64,000 nucleotides of DNA from positions 140,361 to 204,360 of the forward strand of contig CAZCNY010000004.1 of the NCBI GenBank assembly GCA_964500675.1, given 5' to 3'. The stretch comes from an uncultured Verrucomicrobiaceae bacterium. Lineage in GTDB: Bacteria; Pseudomonadota; Gammaproteobacteria; Pseudomonadales; CAMLJR01. This document shows, piece by piece, positions 27,744 through 37,964 of the stretch (positions within the stretch are counted from its first letter, which is position 1; every line of letters begins with the position of its first letter). Position numbers and translations under genes: made by a program. Below the pieces are notes generated by a model. It worked only from the letters and a program-made list of their open reading frames with translations, made no database searches and was not told the DNA's origin.

Positions 27744-29543
27744 GTGCTCGATTGGTTTTCGCAGTACGCGTCTGTCATTGATCATATTTGCGAATTTCAA
27801 AAAAGTGTAGCGGAAGAATTATTTGATCAAGTTGAAGGCGGCACCGAGTCGCAGAAGACAGTGGTCGAAACCACTACCGAGTGCTACCGCAATTTTTATA
27901 GCGGCGTGACCCAAAACCCCGCGCGCATCGTCGAGCAGCAAATCAATTACTGGCAGAACCAGCTGCGTCTCTGCAATAACTTGCTCTTGAAATTGATCGG
28001 CGAAGAGGTCGATCCGATGGTCCGCCCCAAAGTCGGCGATCGCCGTTTTATCGATAACGCGTGGGAAGAAAACGCGCTGTTTGATTACATCAAGCAAAGT
28101 TATCTGCTCGCTTCGGAAAATGTGCTCGACTGCGTGAGTGGTCTCGATGGCGTCGATGAGCGCAGCCGCGAGCGCCTGCAATATTATGTTCGGCAAACGG
28201 TAAATGCATTGGCTCCGACCAATTTCGCGCTGACCAATCCTGAAGTGCTGCGCAAGACGCTCGAAACCAAGGGCGAAAATCTGCTTCAGGGCCTGCAAAT
28301 GATGGTCGAGGACAAGAAAAAAAGCGCCGATATTCTCAATGTGTGCATGAGTAAACCCGACGCCTTCCAGTTGGGAAAAAATATCGCGACGACACCCGGT
28401 GCAGTCGTTGCTGAAAATGCGCTGATGCAATTGATTCAGTACGAACCGACGACAACCGAAGCGCATCGCACGCCGATCATGTTAGTGCCGTCGTGGGTAA
28501 ACAAGTATTACATTCTCGATCTCACGGAAAAAAATAGTTTCGTCAAATGGCTCACCGATCAAGGGCACACGGTTTTCGTTATTTCGTGGACGAATCCCGA
28601 CAGTACAATGCGCGCGACGACCTTCGATGATTACATGCGTTTGGGTCCGCTCGCCGCGAGCGAAATTATCGAGCGCATCACGGGCGAAAAACAGGTCTCG
28701 GCGGTGGGTTACTGTCTCGGCGGTATTCTGCTCGCGTGTACGCTGGCGTATTGCGACTCGCGCAACGAATCGCGCTTTGCGTCGGCTACTTACCTCGCGT
28801 CGAGCATCGATTTCCGCGATCCCGGCGATATCGGCATATTGATCGATGAGCGCACGGTCGAGTCCATGGAAAAATACATGAGCGGCACAGGCTTTTTTGA
28901 CGGGCGCATGCTTTCGGTCGGTTTCAATCTGCTCAAAGAAAACGATTTGTTTTGGAATTACTACGTTATCAATTATCTCAAAGGCGAGCGTCCCGCAGCG
29001 TTCGATCTGTTGCATTGGAACAGCGACAATACCAATGTGCCGGAAGCGACGCATCGTTTCGTTATGCGCGAATTGCATCTGCACAATAAGCTGGCGCAAG
29101 AACAGGCGATCGCGCTGAATGGACGCAGCATTGCGCTGCGCGATATCGCTACACCGACTTACGTGTTGGCGGCGGATAAAGATCATATCGCGCGCTGGCG
29201 TTCGTGTTATGCCGCTACGCAATTGCAGGGTGGCGATGTGCGTTTCGTGCTCGCGGGCTCAGGGCATATCGCCGGCGTGATCAATCCGCCGAGCGCCAAC
29301 AAATATTATTATTACCTCAATTCAGAAAATCCTGCGTTCGCTGAAGAGTGGCTCGATGGCGCGTTCAAGGTCGAAGGCAGCTGGTGGAATGATTGGGCGG
29401 AGTGGCAGCTTCAATTTGCGGGCGATCGCGTACCCGCGCGCGCGATCGATGTGCAATCGGTTATCGAACCGGCTCCGGGCCGCTATGTCATGCGTCGGCT
29501 CGACGAAGCCTGGCGTGATGCCGCACGGCAGCGCGCGGCCTGA
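27744..29543 (+). CDS. phaC: class I poly(R)-hydroxyalkanoate synthase PhaC
   Basis: 599 aa with a GTG start, lipase-box GYCLGG (VSAVGYCLGGILLA), an N-terminal PhaC_N pattern (RRF.D..W......FD.IKQSYLL) and the C-terminal GHI.G..NPP motif. Confidence 0.92.
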   Translation: MLDWFSQYASVIDHICEFQKSVAEELFDQVEGGTESQKTVVETTTECYRNFYSGVTQNPARIVEQQINYWQNQLRLCNNLLLKLIGEEVDPMVRPKVGDRRFIDNAWEENALFDYIKQSYLLASENVLDCVSGLDGVDERSRERLQYYVRQTVNALAPTNFALTNPEVLRKTLETKGENLLQGLQMMVEDKKKSADILNVCMSKPDAFQLGKNIATTPGAVVAENALMQLIQYEPTTTEAHRTPIMLVPSWVNKYYILDLTEKNSFVKWLTDQGHTVFVISWTNPDSTMRATTFDDYMRLGPLAASEIIERITGEKQVSAVGYCLGGILLACTLAYCDSRNESRFASATYLASSIDFRDPGDIGILIDERTVESMEKYMSGTGFFDGRMLSVGFNLLKENDLFWNYYVINYLKGERPAAFDLLHWNSDNTNVPEATHRFVMRELHLHNKLAQEQAIALNGRSIALRDIATPTYVLAADKDHIARWRSCYAATQLQGGDVRFVLAGSGHIAGVINPPSANKYYYYLNSENPAFAEEWLDGAFKVEGSWWNDWAEWQLQFAGDRVPARAIDVQSVIEPAPGRYVMRRLDEAWRDAARQRAA

Positions 29544-29604
29544 TCAAAATCATCGAAGATGTATCCGTGCCCCGTTGTTATAGTATTTTGATACAAGTTA
29601 ACAG

Positions 29605-31080
29605 TCAGTCTGCCGGAATCGTGCGTTCTTTCGCCCACGTGCGCAGCCACTCGATTTTTTCGGCGAGCATCGTCGCCAGCGGCACGGTGCTATCGAGCGC
29701 CTGTTGAATATGCGCTGTCGTCATCGGTTCGCGTCGCGCTGAGCATGTGTAAATACTCGTGACCACCGCTTGCTCGATTTCGGCGCCGGAAAATTTTTCG
29801 GAATGCGCAGCGAGCGTTTGCAGATCGAAACGCGCGGGATCGAAATTGCGCTGCTGCAGATGAATCGCAAAAATTTCGGCGCGCACTTTCGGCTCGGGCA
29901 AGTCGACAAAAAAGATTTCATCGAAGCGACCCTTGCGCAGCAATTCAGGCGGTAAGCCTTGCACGTCGTTGGCGGTTGCCACCATGAACACGTGAGCCGT
30001 GCGCTCGGCCATCCACGTCAACAGCGTGCCGAGTATGCGTTGCGAAGTGCCTTCGTCGTTGTTGCCGCCCGCCAAACCTTTTTCGATTTCGTCGATCCAC
30101 AACACACACGGCGACATCAATTCGGCCTGTTCCAATGCGCGCCGCAAATTCTTTTCCGTTTCGCCAATGAATTTGTTATACAGCGTCGCCATATCGAGAC
30201 GCAGCAGCGGCAATCCCCACATGCCTGCGACCGCCTTGGCGGCGAGACTTTTGCCGCTGCCCTGTACGCCGAGCAGCAGCACGCCCTTGGGTCGGTCGCG
30301 CTGCTGCGAATGCACGGCCTGCTCGCGCAGGCGGAGCCATTCCTGCAAACGCTTGAGGCCGCCGACATTGGAGAATTTGCCGGTGTCGTGTTCAAAACTC
30401 AACACGCCGTTCATATCGAGCAATTCAAATTTTGCGCGATTGACGCCGCGAATATCCGCTGTCGTGATTGCGCCGTCGTTGTGAATGGCGCTATGCGCGA
30501 GCCGCCGCGCGTCGGCTTCGGTGAGGCCGCGTAAATTGCGCACGAGTTGTTTCACCAGGGCTGGATCGGATTGCAGTAGCTGCTGTGGATTGTGTTTATT
30601 CCAAGCGTTAATTTCATCGCGAATGATCGCCAGCAGTTGTGCGTCGTTGGGCATCGCCAGTTGAAATTTCGCGCTGAATCGACGCAGCTCGGGCGGCAAT
30701 TCCAGTTCGTAGCTGATCAATACCAGCGTGTGGCCGAGCCGGTCGTAGGCCATCGCGATATCTTTGAGCAGGCGCACGTGTTCGGGTTGATTGCCGAGAA
30801 ACGGGTGAAAGTCGCACAGCGCGAAAATTGCCGGTGAGCTTCGTTTTTTAATTTGCCGCAACACGTCGGCGGGCGACAGCGCACCGTCGCTGACATCGCC
30901 ACCGAAACCGAGACGATTCAAACCCTCGGTAATCGACCAGCAGAAATAGCCTAATTGGCGTTGCATGGCGACACGCGTCAGCAATTGCAGCGCCGCGGGC
31001 TCATCGTGTGTTTCCAGCGCGATCAGCGGTACCTTCGAATCGATGATGAGCGCGAGATCGTTAACGTCCTGCATAACCAT
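29605..31080 (-). CDS. classical-clade AAA+ ATPase with N-terminal domain (resembles Ycf46-type AAA proteins as I recall them)
   Basis: The track ORF extends to 31404 and overlaps the upstream gene. I trimmed it to ATG 31080 ([28 protein letters not shown]). Motifs are Walker A GVQGSGKS, Walker B LWIDEIEK, the second region of homology [26 protein letters not shown] and FSGAEIEQ. Confidence 0.8.
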   Translation of the reverse strand: MVMQDVNDLALIIDSKVPLIALETHDEPAALQLLTRVAMQRQLGYFCWSITEGLNRLGFGGDVSDGALSPADVLRQIKKRSSPAIFALCDFHPFLGNQPEHVRLLKDIAMAYDRLGHTLVLISYELELPPELRRFSAKFQLAMPNDAQLLAIIRDEINAWNKHNPQQLLQSDPALVKQLVRNLRGLTEADARRLAHSAIHNDGAITTADIRGVNRAKFELLDMNGVLSFEHDTGKFSNVGGLKRLQEWLRLREQAVHSQQRDRPKGVLLLGVQGSGKSLAAKAVAGMWGLPLLRLDMATLYNKFIGETEKNLRRALEQAELMSPCVLWIDEIEKGLAGGNNDEGTSQRILGTLLTWMAERTAHVFMVATANDVQGLPPELLRKGRFDEIFFVDLPEPKVRAEIFAIHLQQRNFDPARFDLQTLAAHSEKFSGAEIEQAVVTSIYTCSARREPMTTAHIQQALDSTVPLATMLAEKIEWLRTWAKERTIPAD

Positions 31081-31171
31081 TTTCCGGTATCGAACACTGC
31101 GAATGAGACTAGCAGACGAAGGCGCGGAGATGTAGGTCGAGCTAAAACCCAGGCATGAAATGAGCAGCCGG

Positions 31172-32944
31172 TTAAAACGAGGCGAGCAATTTTTCCTGCA
31201 GCAAGGTTTCGATCTGCGACGCCTCGACAGCTGGCGCGAAGTAATAACCCTGCACCTGATCGCAGCGGTTTTGCCAGAGGAATTGCACTTGCTCGATAGT
31301 TTCGACACCCTCGGCGATAACTCGGAGTTGCAGGCTGTGGGCAAGATTGATGATGGCTTTGACGATGATGGCATCGTCCTTGTCGGCGGGAAGATTGCGC
31401 ACAAAGCTGCGGTCGATTTTAAGCGCCGCGATCGGCAGTCGCTGCATGTGCGCGAACGACGAATAGCCGGTGCCGAAATCGTCGAGCGAAAAAGTCACGC
31501 CGAGTTGCGACAGCGCCGACATGCTGTGATAAGTCTGCTCGGCATTCATCAAAATTGCGGTTTCGGTAAGCTCGAATTCGATGCGATGCAAATCGATGCC
31601 GCTATCGGCGAGCAGACGCGCCGCCGTTTCGGCAAATTTTTCATCCTGTAATTGTTTCACCGATAAATTGATCGCGAGATCGATGTGACGGCCGCAGCGC
31701 CGCTGCAATTCGCGCATGTCGCGGCACGCCTGCTGAATTGTCCAGTAACCGATCGGCACGATAAGACCAGTTTCTTCCGCGAGCGGGACGAAATCGTTCG
31801 GTGCGAGCAGGCCGCGCTGCGGATGGCGCCAGCGAATCAAACATTCGACGCCGACGAGTTGGCCGCTTTCGAGCTCGACGCGCGGTTGATAATAGAGTTC
31901 GAATTCGTTGCGGCGCAGCGCGCGGCGCATTTCGGTTTCGAAATGCATTTGGTTGCGCGCTTCGAGATTCATCTGTTCCGTGTAGAAATGGTAATGACAG
32001 CCGCGCAATTGTTTGGCTTGCTGGCGCGCGAGTTCCGCGTTGCGCAATAGCGCATCGACATGAAATCCGGCGTCGGGAAACACGGCGATGCCGATGCTGG
32101 CGCCGAGCACGAGCGGCGTATCGCCGATCTGATAGGGCTGCGCCATCGCGGTGCTGATTTTTTCCGCGACCGCGACCACGTCGGGCAGATGGCGCACGTC
32201 TTCGATCAACACGGTGAATTCGTCGGCGCCGATGCGCGCAAGGTTGTCGGTTTTACGCACGCACTGAGCGAGGCGACGCGCCGTCATTGCGATCAATTCA
32301 TCGCCGATACTGTGGCCGAACGATTCGTTGACGCGGCGAAAACCGTCGAGATCGACATGCAACAGCGCAAAGCGTCCGCTGTCGCGCTGCGCGCGCACGA
32401 CGGCGTGCTCGATGCGCTCACGAAACAGTTGCCGATTCGGCAGATCGGTGAGCGCATCGAAGCGAGCGCGATGCGCGAGCTGTAATTCGTTGTGTTTGCG
32501 CTGAAGGGCATGACGCACGCTGCGTTCGAGTTGCGCGGCGTCGAGTTGACTCTTCACCAAATAATCCGCGGCGCCGTCGGCGATCGCGGCGCGATCGAGT
32601 GCGCCGTCGAGCCTCTCGGTCATTACGATGATTGGGGCTTTGCAATCGCTGAGCACTGCGGCTTTGAGAAGCTCGCGCGCCTGTTCGGGACAATGTTGAT
32701 AGTCGAGCAGGATGGCGTCGTACTCGCTTGAAAGCATCGTGGCGAGCGCGCCCTCGGGCTGATCGCACCAACTGACGAGGTGGTCACGCTCGATAGTCGC
32801 TGCGACATGGGCGATGTGCATATATTCCGCCGGCTCTTCATCCACCAGTAGGATGCGCACCGCTGGTTCGGGCATGTCGCAAATAGCCTTTGTGAGCGGC
32901 GCGGGCCTGTCGGTCCAGCGCCGTACATCCACCCAAGTTGTCAT
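31172..32944 (-). CDS. response-regulator receiver + GGDEF (GADEF variant) + EAL c-di-GMP signalling protein
   Basis: 590 aa with a receiver (ILLVDEE...AILLDYQ), a GGDEF domain with RIGADEF in place of GGDEF, and an EAL domain with ECLIRW, DDFGTGYSS, LKIDRSF, EGVET and QGYYF. Confidence 0.88.
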   Translation of the reverse strand: MTTWVDVRRWTDRPAPLTKAICDMPEPAVRILLVDEEPAEYMHIAHVAATIERDHLVSWCDQPEGALATMLSSEYDAILLDYQHCPEQARELLKAAVLSDCKAPIIVMTERLDGALDRAAIADGAADYLVKSQLDAAQLERSVRHALQRKHNELQLAHRARFDALTDLPNRQLFRERIEHAVVRAQRDSGRFALLHVDLDGFRRVNESFGHSIGDELIAMTARRLAQCVRKTDNLARIGADEFTVLIEDVRHLPDVVAVAEKISTAMAQPYQIGDTPLVLGASIGIAVFPDAGFHVDALLRNAELARQQAKQLRGCHYHFYTEQMNLEARNQMHFETEMRRALRRNEFELYYQPRVELESGQLVGVECLIRWRHPQRGLLAPNDFVPLAEETGLIVPIGYWTIQQACRDMRELQRRCGRHIDLAINLSVKQLQDEKFAETAARLLADSGIDLHRIEFELTETAILMNAEQTYHSMSALSQLGVTFSLDDFGTGYSSFAHMQRLPIAALKIDRSFVRNLPADKDDAIIVKAIINLAHSLQLRVIAEGVETIEQVQFLWQNRCDQVQGYYFAPAVEASQIETLLQEKLLASF

Positions 32945-33101
32945 AGTTATTTTTTTTAATCCAATTCATGACTTTATAAACAAAAGCTGAATTATTTTCT
33001 AGACATTTACGAAAAAATAATTTTCGGCCGCATTCGCGGGCGACGCTGTTAGAATGCCGGGCCGATTCGTGTGCGCTCCCTGACTTGCAGTTTCCTTCTG
33101 T

Positions 33102-35198
33102 ATGGGCGCCTCTTCAGTCGTATGTGAGATAGCGAGTCGTGTGCGAGAAAGTGCTGTGACCAGTTTGAATCCCCGTCAACGCGAGGCCGTGCGCTATATC
33201 GATGGCCCGCTGCTCGTACTCGCCGGCGCCGGCAGCGGTAAAACCAGCGTTATTACGCGCAAAATTGCTTATCTGATCGAACAGTGCGGAATCGATGCGC
33301 GCCACATCGCGGCGGTTACGTTCACCAATAAAGCGGCGCGCGAAATGCGCGCGCGCGTCGGCAAATTGATCGACGGCCCGGCCGCAAAAGGTCTGACGGT
33401 TTCCACTTTTCACACACTCGGCCTCACGATTCTGCGCCGCGAGCATCGCAAGCTCGGTTTCAAATCCGGGTTTTCGATTTTCGACGCCGAGGATTGTCTC
33501 GGTCTGATTCGCGACATACTCGTCTCCGATCACGGCGGCGATTCGGATCAGGCCGGCGTCGTTCAACAGCGCATCTCGCAATGGAAAAACGACTTGGTGG
33601 CACCCGAGCAAGCCGCAGCAGCGGCACAAGGGCCCGCGGATATGCTGTGCGCGCAGGCGTATATCCGCTATCAGCGCGCCTTGAAAGCGTATAACGCCGT
33701 CGATTTCGACGATTTGATTTTGCGTCCGGCACAATTATTTTCGAGCGATGCCGAAACGTTAGAACAATGGCGTTCGCGCATCCGCTATCTGCTCGTCGAC
33801 GAATATCAGGATACGAACGGTGCGCAGTACGAATTAGTGAAATTGTTGGTCGGCCAGCGCCAGGGTTTGACCGTGGTTGGCGACGACGATCAATCGATCT
33901 ATGCCTGGCGCGGCGCGCGCCCGGAAAATCTCGCGCAATTGCAGAGCGATTATCCGCATTTAAAAGTCGTCAAGCTCGAACAGAATTACCGCTCGACGGG
34001 CCGCATTCTCCGCTCAGCCAACCAAGTGATTGCGAATAATGCGCACGTGTTTGAAAAATCGTTGTGGAGCGAATTCGGTCCCGGCGATCCGATCCGCATC
34101 GTGCGCTGCGCCAACGAAGACGCCGAATGCGAACGCGTGGCTGGCGAAATTCTCGATCATCAATTGCGTCATCGTGGCAGGTTTGGCGATTACGCCGTGC
34201 TTTATCGCGGTAACCACCAAGCGAAACTGTTAGAGTTGAAATTACAGAATTTTCAGGTGCCGTACAAAATCAGCGGCGGCACATCGTTTTTCGCGCGCAA
34301 TGAAATCAAAGATGTGATGGCGTATCTGCGTCTGCTGATCAATCCCGACGATGACAACGCATTTCTGCGCATCGTCAATGTGCCGCGTCGCAAAATCGGT
34401 GCATCGACGCTCGAAGGTTTAGGGACTTACGCCACCGATCGCGGTATCAGCATGCACGCAGCGTGCGAGGAAATCGGCTTGCAGAGTCATCTGCCCGAAG
34501 CGGCGCTCGCGCGACTGCGCGAATTTGTCGATTGGCTGCAACAGACGCGCCGGCGCATGCAGGGCGACGACGCTATCGACGCGATCAAAGGCATGCTGCG
34601 CGATATCGATTACGAAGATTGGTTGCAGCAAAACGCTTCGAGCCCGACCGTTGCCGAGCGCCGTATGGCGAACGTGATGACGCTCATCGACAGCTTGCAA
34701 AAATCGCTTGAGCGCGCCGATGAAGAAAATGAGCGTGAAGATGGCGCCAATGTCGGCGAAGACAGGGGCATCGAAGCGGCGATTGCGAAACTGGTGTTGC
34801 GCGATTTGCTCGAACGCCAGCAGGACGAAGAAGAGAGCGATGATCGCGTGCAGCTTATGACTTTGCACGCCGCGAAAGGTCTCGAATTTCCGCATGTCTA
34901 CATCATCGGTATGGAAGAAGATTTACTTCCGCATCGCAATAGCATCGATTCCGACACCGTCGAAGAAGAGCGGCGTCTCTGTTATGTCGGCATCACGCGT
35001 GCGCAACGCACACTCACGCTGACGCTGTGCGCGAAACGCAAACAATTCGGCGAAATGCAGCACTGCGAGCCGAGCCGTTTTCTCGCCGAATTACCGAGCG
35101 AAGATGTGATGTGGGAAGGCCGCGACGCGCCCGATCCCGAGCAGACCAAAACGCGCGCGCGCGAAACGTTGGCAGGTCTTAGAAATTTGTTGGATTGA
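33102..35198 (+). CDS. rep: ATP-dependent DNA helicase Rep (SF1A)
   Basis: LNPRQREAVRYIDGPLLVLAGAGSGKTSVITRKIAYLI...HIAAVTFTNKAAREMR, DEYQDTN, QNYRST and VGITRAQ. The true start is probably GTG 33141 or 33156 rather than 33102. Confidence 0.9.
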   Translation: MGASSVVCEIASRVRESAVTSLNPRQREAVRYIDGPLLVLAGAGSGKTSVITRKIAYLIEQCGIDARHIAAVTFTNKAAREMRARVGKLIDGPAAKGLTVSTFHTLGLTILRREHRKLGFKSGFSIFDAEDCLGLIRDILVSDHGGDSDQAGVVQQRISQWKNDLVAPEQAAAAAQGPADMLCAQAYIRYQRALKAYNAVDFDDLILRPAQLFSSDAETLEQWRSRIRYLLVDEYQDTNGAQYELVKLLVGQRQGLTVVGDDDQSIYAWRGARPENLAQLQSDYPHLKVVKLEQNYRSTGRILRSANQVIANNAHVFEKSLWSEFGPGDPIRIVRCANEDAECERVAGEILDHQLRHRGRFGDYAVLYRGNHQAKLLELKLQNFQVPYKISGGTSFFARNEIKDVMAYLRLLINPDDDNAFLRIVNVPRRKIGASTLEGLGTYATDRGISMHAACEEIGLQSHLPEAALARLREFVDWLQQTRRRMQGDDAIDAIKGMLRDIDYEDWLQQNASSPTVAERRMANVMTLIDSLQKSLERADEENEREDGANVGEDRGIEAAIAKLVLRDLLERQQDEEESDDRVQLMTLHAAKGLEFPHVYIIGMEEDLLPHRNSIDSDTVEEERRLCYVGITRAQRTLTLTLCAKRKQFGEMQHCEPSRFLAELPSEDVMWEGRDAPDPEQTKTRARETLAGLRNLLD

Positions 35199-35347
35199 AT
35201 AGATAAAATTAAAATCGGCTTACCTTCGCATATATAACTATTCCTTCCTTTTAATAAGACCGGCTTGAAAGTTAAGGTAACGAGGTCTGGCGAGGCTCGT
35301 CCGCAATAATCTAATGCGCCCATGATGATCTGAAAAGGAGCAACAAA

Positions 35348-37963
35348 ATGGATTTTGTATCGATCGCTGCGACAGTGGTGGCGACGTTATCACCCTATCT
35401 TGGAAAAGCGGCGGGGAAATTCGCCGATGCTGCGGGCGGCGCGGCATGGAACAAGACGACTGAGCTTTATCAGCTGCTTAAAGAGCGGGTGGCGGGTACA
35501 CCCGGCGCGCATGACGCGCTGGCGGAATTGGAGAAAATGCCGGGCGACGCGGCCAAACAAGCCGCGCTGAGCGAACAGTTGAAAAAACTCATCGCCGACG
35601 ATCCCGATTTTCTCAAGCAGGTGGCGAGCCTGACGGAGGCTGCGCATAACGCCGCGGGTTCTCTGGTGTCTGCGCGCGTGCAAGTAATGCCGCCGTTCAA
35701 GCCACTGCTTCACAATATCATTGGCCGCGATGATCTCGTTAAGGAAATCGCGAGCGCGTTAATCTCCGGTCATCGCACGGTTGCCCTGCTGCATTTGCCA
35801 GGTATTGGCAAAACTACATTGGCCGCGATGTTAGCCAAAGACGAAACCTTGTTGAAAAATTATCCGGATGGTTTGTTGTGGGCGCACCTCGGGCTCGATC
35901 CGGATATCCGTGCCGAATTGTTCAAATGGGCCTATGCGCTCGGCGTGCCCGAAGCGCGCATGAAAAATTTCAAAACGCCCGCGGAGTGGAGCGAAGCCAT
36001 ATCGCAAGCGATCGGCGCGCGGCGCATGCTGTTAATCGTCGATGATGTGTGGGAAGCCAGTGCGGGCGATTATTTTTTAATTGGCGGCGAGAATTGCGCG
36101 CACATCGCGACCACACGTTTTCCGATGGTTGCAACCGGTATCGCGACTGCCGGTTTTGAAGTGCGCAAATTGAATATTGCCGATGGCGTTGCGCTGCTAA
36201 GCGGTTTTGCGCCGCAAGCCATTGCTGCGGAACCGATAGCAGCGGCCGTGCTCGTCGAGCTTGTCGACGGGTTGCCCCTGGCACTGGTATTGATGGGGCA
36301 TTACCTGCGGCAGGCAGGAAAATTCAAACAGGCAGGTCGCATTCGCGCAGCGCTCGATGCGCTGCACGACATGGAAAATTTATTTTCATTGCAGCATCCC
36401 GCCGAGTATCCCACGGATACGCCGCGCTCGCTCGCGGGCGTGATCGAAACCAGTTACCGCGCGCTGGGAAAAAATCAGTCGTCGCAAATTCAACCGGTGA
36501 ACGGCGATGAATTGCGCAGAGTGCTGGAGTGTCTATCCGTCTTGCGTCCCGATCCCGCAAAGTTCAGCTTCGCGCTGGCCGCGTTTGTGGCAGACGCTTC
36601 CGGTACAGCTCTCTACGAATTATCCGATGCGGGTTTGATTGAGGTAATGCACGCAGAAAATGGCGAGGAATCCACCAATGAGCAATACGAAGTACCGCAT
36701 GACATCGGCAATCGGTCGGTCGATGAGATAAGCGGCGAAAGTTACGCGATGCATCGCACGATTGCCGAATACGTTCGCACGAAGCTCACACCCGAGCGCG
36801 CCAAAGCGCTGCATTTGCGCGCGGCCACTTATTATCGCGAGCGATTGAATGGGTTGGAAGAACAATACCAAAAGGCCGGCAGCGATTACCAAGGCTGGTA
36901 TCGTTATGAAAATATCGAGTGGCAGGATTGCAAGGATAATTGGCTCTACCATCTATCGAAAACCGATGAGCAACAATTGGCGATCAGCGCTTTCTTGCGC
37001 GCATGGTTTGACGGTTTCTGGTGGTGGGGATGTTTTCTCGATTTCAATTTCTGCGACCAGTTGCTGCGCGAATGGGGGCAACGCAAAGTCGTGCCGGAAG
37101 CTGAGCAGGGTTTACTGTTGTTAAGCCGCTTCATGCAGGTATATCCCAAAGAGACCAGCGATCGCGGCACCGGTAATTGGCAGTTGGTCCAGACATTGTT
37201 AAATGAAGTACGGCAGCGTGCCAAACTCGATGGCGATCCGGAATTATTGACAAGCATCGATGCACGCCACGTGCGCGGCCTGACGAGCATTTTTTTGGCG
37301 GAAGCCCAGCGTTTTGGTCGGCGCGATTTTCAAGCAGCTGAAGTGTTATATCGCGATGCGCTTGCCATGTTCGAACGCAACGATGATGCCTGGGACATGG
37401 CGTGGACTCTTTATCACCTCGCCGATATGTTGAGTCAATGCGAAAAAACCAACGAGGCTCAAGCATTGTGTCGGCAAGCCTTGCCGTTGGGCGAAAAAGA
37501 ATGCGATCCGGAAGTGATCGCCAATCTTTATCGTGTGTGGGGCGACATCGATTGCATTAAGAAAAATTTTGACGCCGCCGCGGATCATTACGATTTGGCG
37601 GTGCAAAATGCTTACCGCTTTCAGATCGAACCCGAAGCGCCCGACGCTTACACCATCCGCTTTTATGCGCAGGTTGCCGAGCAGGTCTGCACACGGCTGC
37701 TCGGCATTTGCGAAGACGCCGAGCCCGAGGCACTAAAAATGGCGCTTGCATTACGCGAGGCGTGGCAAATTGGCGATGCTGCTGATGGATCGACGCTTAA
37801 AGAGGCGCTGCATTGGCGCGATGCCAAAACGCTGCTCGCAAACATCTTTCCAGCGCCGCTCGCCGCTGAGGCTTTGCAGAATAACGGCAAGCGCTATGCC
37901 AGTGGCGTGAAAGCGAAACTAGCGGCGGTTTGCAGGCGCCACGACAAAAATATTTATTACTGA
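35348..37963 (+). CDS. STAND NTPase: short helical N-terminal domain + NB-ARC + C-terminal TPR-like repeat region
   Basis: 871 aa. Motifs are Walker A GIGKTT (nt 35801-35818), Walker B LLIVDDVW (36029-36052), a TTR motif (HIATTR) and GLPLAL (36269-36286). The C-terminal approximately 500 aa are TPR-like helical repeats. The first approximately 115 aa are Ala/Lys-rich and helical with a hydrophobic extreme N-terminus. Confidence 0.85.
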   Translation: MDFVSIAATVVATLSPYLGKAAGKFADAAGGAAWNKTTELYQLLKERVAGTPGAHDALAELEKMPGDAAKQAALSEQLKKLIADDPDFLKQVASLTEAAHNAAGSLVSARVQVMPPFKPLLHNIIGRDDLVKEIASALISGHRTVALLHLPGIGKTTLAAMLAKDETLLKNYPDGLLWAHLGLDPDIRAELFKWAYALGVPEARMKNFKTPAEWSEAISQAIGARRMLLIVDDVWEASAGDYFLIGGENCAHIATTRFPMVATGIATAGFEVRKLNIADGVALLSGFAPQAIAAEPIAAAVLVELVDGLPLALVLMGHYLRQAGKFKQAGRIRAALDALHDMENLFSLQHPAEYPTDTPRSLAGVIETSYRALGKNQSSQIQPVNGDELRRVLECLSVLRPDPAKFSFALAAFVADASGTALYELSDAGLIEVMHAENGEESTNEQYEVPHDIGNRSVDEISGESYAMHRTIAEYVRTKLTPERAKALHLRAATYYRERLNGLEEQYQKAGSDYQGWYRYENIEWQDCKDNWLYHLSKTDEQQLAISAFLRAWFDGFWWWGCFLDFNFCDQLLREWGQRKVVPEAEQGLLLLSRFMQVYPKETSDRGTGNWQLVQTLLNEVRQRAKLDGDPELLTSIDARHVRGLTSIFLAEAQRFGRRDFQAAEVLYRDALAMFERNDDAWDMAWTLYHLADMLSQCEKTNEAQALCRQALPLGEKECDPEVIANLYRVWGDIDCIKKNFDAAADHYDLAVQNAYRFQIEPEAPDAYTIRFYAQVAEQVCTRLLGICEDAEPEALKMALALREAWQIGDAADGSTLKEALHWRDAKTLLANIFPAPLAAEALQNNGKRYASGVKAKLAAVCRRHDKNIYY

Positions 37964-37964
37964 A

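Noticed and set aside
29605-31404. N-terminal extensions of several track ORFs (AAA+ to 31404, ligase to 41799, iron enzyme to 40358, response regulator to 15287, GNAT to 60023, DUF1289 to 24064, pIII-like to 54652)
   Set aside because: The extensions overlap upstream genes and are Arg/Ser-rich junk. Internal ATGs give canonical family N-termini, often with ATGA coupling, so the shorter models are reported.
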